A stretch of 64,000 nucleotides of DNA from Leucoraja erinacea (Eukaryota), in contig NC_073391.1 of NCBI RefSeq assembly GCF_028641065.1, positions 5,332,001 to 5,396,000 on the forward strand, in the 5' to 3' direction. Positions 1 to 7,853 of the stretch are shown here, piece after piece. Under the pieces are notes generated by a model. That model was not told where the DNA came from, searched no databases, and saw nothing but the letters and a program-made list of their open reading frames with translations. The translations under genes were made by a program, and so were the position numbers. The number at the start of each line of letters is the position of its first letter. Positions within the stretch are counted from its first letter, which is position 1.

Positions 1-35
1 AAATGGTCAGCATCTTGTCAGGAATTAGCTAACTA

Positions 36-445
36 AATTCATAAGGTCATAAGTGATAGTACCAGTATTAGGCCATTCGGCCCATCAAGGCTACTCCGCC
101 ATTCAACCATGGCTGATCTATCTTTCCCTTTCAACCCCTTTCTCCTGCCTTCTCCCCATAACCCCTGATACCCATACTAATCAAGAATCTATATATAACT
201 GCCATAAAAATATCTGTTGCCTTGGCCTCCACAGCCTTCTGTGGCAAATAACTCATCAGATTCACCACCCTCTGACTAAAGACATTTCTCCTCATCTTCT
301 TCTGAAAATGAGTATCCTTTAATTTTGAGGCTATAACCTCTGGTCCTAGACTCTCCCCCTGGTGGAAACATCCACTCCACATCCACTCTATCCAGGAATT
401 TCACTATTTGGTAAGTTTCAATGAGGTGTCCCTTCATCCTTTTAA
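36..445 (-). mobile_element. CR1 LINE 3' fragment
   Basis: Minus-strand peptide RRNVFSQRVVNL...GIRGYGEKAG, the CR1 ORF2 C-terminus, plus 3' UTR. Confidence 0.8.
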
Positions 446-1744
446 ACAAAGCAGAGGCTGGGATCCATGTAGGTCAGGAATTCTGGATTTTCCTGCCATT
501 GGCACAAGACCTATTCTTGCAACCTGCAGTCACCAGTCCCCACATGGTCCAAGGCAATCATTGCTATGATGCTAATGAAATAGGAAAGCGAAAAATGTGA
601 AAAATGATTAAATATGTTGAATATACCTCAAATCAACTACAAGCATTTGAAAACAATGTTGTAATAAAAAGCACCAAATCCAAAATAACTTAAAAGGAAG
701 AGACTTAATCTTCCCCTTCCATTCTTCCTCAGAGTCCTCTTTGAAATCAATGGCCTTACTTGGACATCTCAGACAATTCCTGCTCTATTGCTGGAAAAAA
801 ACAATGCACAGCTCAGTAAAAGCTACTGAAACTCAGCCAGAAAATTACAGCTTTCTACCTTCATATTGGAGACCTGTGGCAACATTGCACTTAAATTGAG
901 AAATGACTGTCTTTCTACACAGAATTATTGGCATTTACCAAGAAGGCTAGATCAACATCAAATACAATTTCTAGTCCAACTTTTAGACTGTGTCTATGGA
1001 GACTACTACATTTACAGATTATTGGACTGTCCAATAATCCTGTCCAAAAACAAAATAATAACCAAAATACATTACTTTGGTGGAAAAATATGTTATATCA
1101 ACATAAATCAGATCAGCCATCATATTATTTTTATGCTTGTACATTCAGGTTACTACTTTGCTTCAAATCTATGGTCACATTTGTAAGTAGAGCTCTGCTT
1201 TCCCAGTTTTCCCAGTAAATGCTTTGAAACTCAAAGGATGAATAGAGCAACCTAAATATTATTTTCTGGTTTACTGGAACAAACATGCAAGCAGTATGCT
1301 TCCAACAGGTGTCATATAACTTTGTTTATATCCTAATAGGGAATTTAATACAAAGACAGCATTTGCAGCATTTTCAAACTACCTTATCCTCCAATTTTGT
1401 AAATATGACAATGCATGAGGCTTTTTATTCACGGCCAAATAAATTAGTTCTATATTCTCTGGAGTTTAAAGTAAGCTGGGAGTGATCTTATTGAAACATG
1501 TTAGTTCCTTCGAGGGCAGAGTAGATGTCGAGATGGTTTCACGATTTGGAGAATCTCAGAGAAAGTCCCATTTGCCTGCATTATGCCCATTTCCCTCAAA
1601 AGCTTTCTTATCCTTGTGAGGATAAAACGAACTGCAGATGCTGGTTTACAAAAGAAAGGCACAAAATGCTGGAGTAACTCAGTGGGTCAGGCAGCATATC
1701 TGAAGAACATGGATAGGTGACAGTTCGGGTCAGGACCCTTCTTC

Positions 1745-1920
1745 ATAGAAACATAGAACATAGGTGCAGGAGCAGGTCATTCGGCCCTTCGAGCCTGCAC
1801 CGCCATTCAATATGATCATGGCTGATCATCCAACTCAGTATCTCATGCCTGCCTTCTCTCCATACCCCCTGATCCCTTTAGCCACAAGGGCCACATCTAA
1901 CTCCCTCTTAAATATAGCCA
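1745..1920 (-). mobile_element. CR1 3' end, left half of the copy split by DIRS element A
   Basis: CATAGAAA tail and 3' UTR near-identical to the reverse complement of 8550-8730. Confidence 0.88.
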
Positions 1921-2096
1921 ATTTTACTTCGGAGTCACGTGAGTGACTACGTGAAGAACCCACCCAGCGCGCAGGCGCGGCATTACGTCAGCAGTGCAAC
2001 AGCGGCAGCAGCTGGAGCCAGGCTCTCCAGCTGCAGCATAAAGACGAGACCTCAGGTAAGTGCCTTTTTTGTTTCAGAGTCGCGCTAGAGAGAATA

Positions 2097-3308
2097 ATGG
2101 CCTCTCGCAAGCGACCAGCCAGGAGGACTGCCTGCCCTACTCCACCCGAGGACGGGTCCATAGCGGGACGGCAGCCTCTCGCAGCGGAGGAGCTTTTTCA
2201 ACGCTCCCGCTCACCCGACACCGAGCCGCCCCCAGTGCTGCAAATCTCAACGCCCCGCACAGGGAGGAAGGCGACACAGAAAACCGACCGGCCGGTGTCC
2301 TCCGATGATTCGGAGGAACGGGAACACTCTCCCCCACCGAAAAGGGGAGACGTTCGGATAAGCTGCATGAGGCAGCTCCTCGAACGTATGATTAATGAGG
2401 AGATGCGGCATCTCCCAGGAGGACGGGCTTTGGCCTCCTCCTCTCCACACCCTTCTGTACCCTCTATATTCGAGGGCAGTAAGGGAGGCCAGGACTGGGC
2501 TGGCCTATCCCAAGGGCAGGCGGAGGATATCGTCAGCATGCCGGGCGTGCCGGAAGAAGAGCTACTGGGTGTAGTGGGCCGATATGCGGCACCACCAACA
2601 ACTGGGATGGTGTTGCCACCCAGAATGGCGGCAACTATAAACAGGCTGTCCAACAACCCGCTGCAGGACAAGGCTGTCCAGCAGGCCCTTGACAACTACA
2701 TCGCGCCCGAAAATTGCGAGGCGCTGAGGGTCAAGACGGTAAATGGGCAGATCTGGAACCAGCTGGGGCAGCACATAAGGGCTCAGGAGGTCAAAATGCA
2801 GCGAGTCCTGAAGCTACACTCAGCAGCCGTCACCGCCTTTGCTCGGTCAGTTGGGGAGGAAGACCTGACCATACCCCAGCAAGATGCCCTCGCACTGATG
2901 TGCGGCACCACGTACGAGCTAAACAACCTACGGCGGGACAACATCAGGCCTGCCCTCAACCCAACATATGCGGGCCTCTGTAAAGCTCCAGCGCCCGAAC
3001 GACAGGCGCTGCTATTTGGTGCGGATCTGGCCAAAAGGCTCAAGGAGTTGGAAGAGGCGGCAAAACCAGTAGGCCTCATGAGGGCAGGGCCAGGACCGAG
3101 CAGGGCGAAGACACCCAGTTGGCCGCACGCCTCGGCAGCCACCAGCAGATACCGAGCTGGTGAAAGCCTGGTGACCGCCTCCCACTACCCCCAGTGCTCT
3201 TTTTTAGAGCGGGGCCCAGGGCGGAGCCGTGGGAAGATGCGCCGCCCCACCGCAGCACCAACACGGACAACCTTGGGCCAGACCCACCGGAAACGACCCC
3301 ACAAGTGA
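2097..3308 (+). CDS. DIRS gag-like ORF1 (element A)
   Basis: 403 aa open frame, first ORF inside the DIRS termini. C-terminal half aligns by eye with element B ORF1 (PENCEALRVKTVN / PKNCNALHVASVN; LLFGADLAK / LLFGGDLSK). Confidence 0.88.
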   Translation: MASRKRPARRTACPTPPEDGSIAGRQPLAAEELFQRSRSPDTEPPPVLQISTPRTGRKATQKTDRPVSSDDSEEREHSPPPKRGDVRISCMRQLLERMINEEMRHLPGGRALASSSPHPSVPSIFEGSKGGQDWAGLSQGQAEDIVSMPGVPEEELLGVVGRYAAPPTTGMVLPPRMAATINRLSNNPLQDKAVQQALDNYIAPENCEALRVKTVNGQIWNQLGQHIRAQEVKMQRVLKLHSAAVTAFARSVGEEDLTIPQQDALALMCGTTYELNNLRRDNIRPALNPTYAGLCKAPAPERQALLFGADLAKRLKELEEAAKPVGLMRAGPGPSRAKTPSWPHASAATSRYRAGESLVTASHYPQCSFLERGPGRSRGKMRRPTAAPTRTTLGQTHRKRPHK

Positions 3309-3310
3309 AC

Positions 3311-5245
3311 ATGGAGGTAGGTGGGTCTGGTTCCTGTCAACATACACAGACAAAGGGTGTAGTATTAACAGGGGGACGTTTGAGGTTCTTCAAGCATGTT
3401 TGGTGCTCCCTTACTAACAATCAGTTTATACTCAACAGTATTAGTGGATACAAGATTGAATTCAAACCAGGCGTAGAACCGCCAGTTCAGCACATGCCCC
3501 AAAGGGTGTTCCTTCCCTCGGCAGTTGAGAAGGTAGAAGGACAAGCTGAACTTGATCGGCTCGTGGCTAAAGGCATCATAGAAATGACCACACACGAGCC
3601 GCAAGAATTTGTATCAAATATTTTTCTCAAAACTAAAAAAGATGGTGGATGTCGCATTATTATTGACCTGACATCACTTAATCAGTCTGTTGAGTATCAA
3701 CATTTCAAAATGGAGACATTTGTCACTGCCAGACAACTGATCTCCAAGGGATACTACATGGCAAGCATAGATATCAAAGATGCTTACTATTTGGTACCCA
3801 TTCATAAAGATTACTTTAAATATCTGAAATTTATCTGGAGGGGCCAGCTATGGCAGTACCGAGCTTTGCCCAATGGTTTAACGACAGCTCCCAGACTATT
3901 TACGAAAATTCTTAAAGTGGCCATGAAGAAATTGAGAGAATTAAAACATTTAGTAGTGGCCTATCTGGACGATGTTCTCATATTAGGAAGAACACGTGAT
4001 CAAGCTGTCGCAGGAGTGTTAGCCACTAAACAACTCCTTGAAACTTTGGGTTTTATCCTCCACCCAGATAAATCAATATTGGAGCCTACTACTAACATGG
4101 ATTACTTAGGCTTCACTATTGACACGATTCACATGACTGTCACTCTGCCCAGAAACAAAACAGTTTCACTCATTGAAGCTTGTAGCCATTTAATTGCCAC
4201 ACCGCAACCTAGAATACGGCATGTAGCCAGAGTTATTGGCTCTATAGTAGCAGCATTTCCGGCTGCCCAACATGGGCCCTTGCATTATCAAAATCTCCAA
4301 AGAGCAAGGACTCATGCATTACGCCTTCATAGGGGGCATTATGATCGCAAAATGGATTTACCCGCTGAAGCCAAATTAGAACTTCAGTGGTGGGTTGACA
4401 ATATTTGGCACAGTCACAGTCCTATCACCGTAACCAATCCTAACATAACCATTGCAACGGATGCCAGTGCTTTAGGCTGGGGAGCTACTAACTCCAAAGA
4501 CAGCACAGGTGGCAGATGGACTAATTCAGAGGCATCGCTACTACACTCACTGGGCATTAACTTTTTGGAAATGCTCGCCGCCTTTTATGGGCTAAAAGCA
4601 TATGCATCTGGTATGCGACACGTGCATGTTAGAATTATGATCGACAACACTACGGCAGTATCTTATATCCAGCACATGGGTGGCATTAAATCAGTATCAT
4701 GCGACAAATTAACTGCTATAATCTGGCAATGGTGTGTCGAGAGACACATTTGGCTATCAGCTGCCTATTTACCAGGCAAGCTAAATTTAGTGGCGGACAC
4801 CAGGTCACGAAAATTCAACGACAACATCGAATGGATGTTGGACCCAAAATCATTTGCTAAAATTATCAAGCAATATGGTACGCCAGATATAGATTTGTTT
4901 GCGTCTAGGTTAAATCACCAACTACCCATGTATGTGGCTTGGGAACCAGACCCAGAGGCAGCAGCGGTAGATGCCTTCACGCTGGACTGGGGAAATTTCT
5001 TTTTCTATGCTTTCCCTCCCTTCTGCCTCATCAGTCGGGTACTCCAGAAAATTCAGGCAGACTCAGCCTCTGGCATTCTGGTCGTGCCCGACTGGCCTAC
5101 CCAACCATGGTTCCCAATGTTCCACGACATGGTGGTAGAGACACCAATGGTCCTTCAACACCACCCCCAATTATTGACTCACCCGGTAACTGGCATTAGC
5201 CATCCATGCCACCAAAAATTGAAACTCCTGGTTTCCAGATTTTGA
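3311..5245 (+). CDS. DIRS pol: reverse transcriptase - RNase H - adenine-methyltransferase-like domain (element A)
   Basis: RT motifs SIDIKDAY, LPNGL, YLDD; RNase H motifs TDAS, INFLEML, IDNTTAV, VADTRSR; C-terminal IDLFAS...YAFPPF. Start placed at the ATG (MEVG) conserved in both elements, 2 nt after the gag stop. Confidence 0.95.
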   Translation: MEVGGSGSCQHTQTKGVVLTGGRLRFFKHVWCSLTNNQFILNSISGYKIEFKPGVEPPVQHMPQRVFLPSAVEKVEGQAELDRLVAKGIIEMTTHEPQEFVSNIFLKTKKDGGCRIIIDLTSLNQSVEYQHFKMETFVTARQLISKGYYMASIDIKDAYYLVPIHKDYFKYLKFIWRGQLWQYRALPNGLTTAPRLFTKILKVAMKKLRELKHLVVAYLDDVLILGRTRDQAVAGVLATKQLLETLGFILHPDKSILEPTTNMDYLGFTIDTIHMTVTLPRNKTVSLIEACSHLIATPQPRIRHVARVIGSIVAAFPAAQHGPLHYQNLQRARTHALRLHRGHYDRKMDLPAEAKLELQWWVDNIWHSHSPITVTNPNITIATDASALGWGATNSKDSTGGRWTNSEASLLHSLGINFLEMLAAFYGLKAYASGMRHVHVRIMIDNTTAVSYIQHMGGIKSVSCDKLTAIIWQWCVERHIWLSAAYLPGKLNLVADTRSRKFNDNIEWMLDPKSFAKIIKQYGTPDIDLFASRLNHQLPMYVAWEPDPEAAAVDAFTLDWGNFFFYAFPPFCLISRVLQKIQADSASGILVVPDWPTQPWFPMFHDMVVETPMVLQHHPQLLTHPVTGISHPCHQKLKLLVSRF

Positions 5246-6216
5246 ACAGGCCTTACCGGGGATTGGGGTTATCAGACAGAACAATCACCACCATGTCGGC
5301 ATCCCTGCGAGTTTCCACCAAGAAACAGTACCTGACCTTCATCAGGAAATGGGAACAGTACTGTCTGGACGCAGGGACATCCTACACGACGACTTCGATC
5401 TCGGATGTGCTGGAGTTCCTGGCCCACCTGCACCATGATCTCAAGATGAGCTACAGTGCCATCAACACGGCTCGGAGCGCACTGTCCGCATATCTAATGC
5501 CGATAGAACAGCATAGTGTGGGATCCCACCCTCTAGTCATCAGACTCCTTAAGGGGATCTTTAATACCAAACCCCCTACACCTAGATACACTCACATGTG
5601 GGATGTGAGTGTGGTTCTCACACACCTTCGAGGTTGGCCTCCGGTGGGATCCCTGAGCCTGGAACAGGCCACTTACAAAACCCTCATGCTCATGGCGCTT
5701 GTCTCAGCTCAAAGGGTCCAGTCGCTCCATCAGCTTAATCTAAACTACATGGTGACCACCCCAGATACCATTACTTTCACTATGCCGGGGTTGGTAAAAC
5801 AAAGTAGACCAGGTACATCAAACTCCCCGATGATCTTCCGGGCTTACCCTCCAGAACCTAGGCTGTGTGTGGTGACCCACCTTCAACATTATCTAGACAC
5901 TACCCAAACGCTAAGAGGGAGAGAGAAAGCCTTATGGGTTAGCCACAGGAAGCCTTTTGGACGGGTAACCAGACAAACATTATCCAGATGGTTGAAACAG
6001 GTCCTCAGCATGGCAGGGATTAACACTAATGTTTTTAAATCCCATTCAACCAGGGCAGCGTCCACCTCAGCGGCGGATAGGATGCAGGTTCCCCTCGACC
6101 ACATCCTCAGGGCAGCGGGATGGTCAAGGGAATCGACATTCCAACGATTTTACAACAAACCGCTGATGGAACAGGACGTCTTTGCGGATACTCTTTTACA
6201 AACCGCAAAGTTATGA
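5239..6216 (+). CDS. DIRS tyrosine recombinase (element A); probable spliced start
   Basis: Catalytic signature R (AQRV), HSTR, AGW, Y (FQRFY). 5' boundary placed at the inferred splice acceptor (CAG|ATT, 5238/5239). Confidence 0.93.
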   Translation: MLNRPYRGLGLSDRTITTMSASLRVSTKKQYLTFIRKWEQYCLDAGTSYTTTSISDVLEFLAHLHHDLKMSYSAINTARSALSAYLMPIEQHSVGSHPLVIRLLKGIFNTKPPTPRYTHMWDVSVVLTHLRGWPPVGSLSLEQATYKTLMLMALVSAQRVQSLHQLNLNYMVTTPDTITFTMPGLVKQSRPGTSNSPMIFRAYPPEPRLCVVTHLQHYLDTTQTLRGREKALWVSHRKPFGRVTRQTLSRWLKQVLSMAGINTNVFKSHSTRAASTSAADRMQVPLDHILRAAGWSRESTFQRFYNKPLMEQDVFADTLLQTAKL

Positions 6217-6379
6217 TTTAAAGCCCATGGGAGCTATTTTGTTTTTTGTTATAGTTAATAAATATTTCTTTTATAACTAAACAAACTTGTTGGTCTCTAG
6301 CTACCACTTCCTCCCTCGATGACCTTTCGGCAGTGAGTGATATAACTGTTACACGGTTTGAAATCACAGACCTTTGAAG

Positions 6380-6492
6380 TCTTCACGTAGTCACTCACGT
6401 GACTCCGAAGTAAAATAGTAAGATTAAACGAGTACTTACCAGTACGAAGTTTGATCTGTATTTTATGAGGAGTTACGATGAGGGATTACGTG
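6380..6492 (+). repeat. Internal complementary region (ICR) of DIRS element A
   Basis: 6380-6416 is the reverse complement of 1921-1957 and 6414-6492 is the reverse complement of 6637-6715. The two halves overlap on AAT, reproducing the circle junction. Confidence 0.95.
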
Positions 6493-6715
6493 CCCTCCGC
6501 TCCCACCCTCATTATATAGATCAAATTCGGACTAATGTCTCGTTGGTCTTCACTATCTTTACTTCAACTAGTGTCTATCTGTGATTCCACACCGCTGCTT
6601 GGAAGTATGCCGCGCCTGCGCGCTGGGTGGGTTCTTCACGTAATCCCTCATCGTAACTCCTCATAAAATACAGATCAAACTTCGTACTGGTAAGTACTCG
6701 TTTAATCTTACTATT

Positions 6716-7275
6716 AACTGGCCTCAACTGCTTTCTGTGGCAGAGAGTTCCAAAGATTCACCACTCTTTGTGTGAAAAATGTTTTTCTCATCTCGGTCCT
6801 AAAGAGTTTCCCATCTATCCTTAAGCTGTGACCCCTTGTCCTGGACTTCCCCAACATCGGGAACAATCTTCCTGCATCTAGCCTGTCCAACCCATTAAGA
6901 ATTTTGTAAGTTTCTATAAGATCCCCCCTCAATCTCTTAAATTCTAGCGAGTACAAGCCGAGTCTATCCAGTTTTTCCTCATATGAAAGTCCTGACATCC
7001 CAGGAATCAGTCTGGTGAACCATCTCTGCACTCCCTCTATGGCAATAATGTCCTTCCTCAGATTTGGAGACCAAAACTGTACGCAATACTCCAGGTGTGG
7101 TCTCACCAAGACCCTGTCCAACTGCAGTAGAACCTCCCTGCTCCTATACTCAAATCCTTTTGCAATGAATGCTAACATACCATTCGCTTTCTACACTGCC
7201 TGCTGCACCTGCATGCCTACTTTCAATGACTGGTGTACCATGACACCCAGGTCTCGTTGCATCTCCCCTTTTCCT
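6716..7275 (-). mobile_element. CR1 ORF2 C-terminal fragment, right half of the copy split by DIRS element A
   Basis: ORF 6714-7178 (LVRPHLEYCVQFWSP...FFTQRVVNLWNSLP) continues seamlessly into 1920 leftwards once the DIRS is removed. Confidence 0.9.
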
Positions 7276-7853
7276 AATCAAACCTAATTCAGACTGATTG
7301 CAGGGGGTAAATTAACATCTGCAATTCCTTTTTATCAAAGCTAGTGACATTGTTACAAGATTAGGGGTTGGTCACTAAAACCTAAAACACATTAGCACTT
7401 CTCTGACAGAGAGTGATGAATCTCAGCAATTTTCCACACTAGGGAGTTGTGCAGCCAGATGACTAGTGTATTTAAAGAGGAAGTATTTTTGAAAGATCGG
7501 GGCACTGAGGGCTAGAGTGAGCTGATGCAGATAAGGAGATGTGTCATGGGGCAGATGGGCCATGATCATATTGAATAGTGGGACGGGCCTGAAGGGCTGT
7601 GGCCTATTCTCGTTCTTATTTTCTTATGCTGAGCAGAACGTGGGCAGCTCAGCTTTAGCCACTGAACAGCGAGGCAGAACTGAGATATACAATTATACAA
7701 TTCTATTGACATCCTGACTATGGGTTTCAACTCGACTTGACGGGCCAGGCACAACAGTCAGTCAACAATGTCAACATTAAAGGAACTGTAATAACCACAC
7801 TTGTGAACATTAACCAGTCACACAAATATGCTCTGTACCTTCACACAGATATA

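Larger units (their letters stand above)
1921..6715 (+). mobile_element. Full-length DIRS1-like tyrosine-recombinase retrotransposon (element A)
   Basis: Three intact ORFs (gag, RT-RNaseH-MT, YR). Left terminus 1948-1983 is inverted-repeated at 6607-6642. ICR 6380-6492 is complementary to both ends. ATT at both junctions (1921-1923, 6713-6715). It splits a CR1 copy whose halves rejoin when the element is removed. Confidence 0.97.

Noticed and set aside
2056-2077. GT...AG micro-intron in the DIRS leader (22 nt; 32 nt in B)
   Set aside because: Far below the usual minimum vertebrate intron size; the two sites more likely pair with other partners.
2198-3142. Antisense ORFs within DIRS gag (also 27047-27643)
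   Set aside because: Not conserved between the two elements; expected shadows of GC-rich coding DNA.
3194-3310. Extended pol start given by the ORF track (3194; likewise 28387 in element B)
   Set aside because: These are non-ATG starts overlapping gag. The ATG conserved in both elements (MEVG) is at 3311 and 28561.
5206-5238. ATG at 5206 as the YR start (MPPKIETPGFQ)
   Set aside because: It has no counterpart in element B, where a stop closes the frame at the equivalent point. It cannot be fully excluded for A alone.
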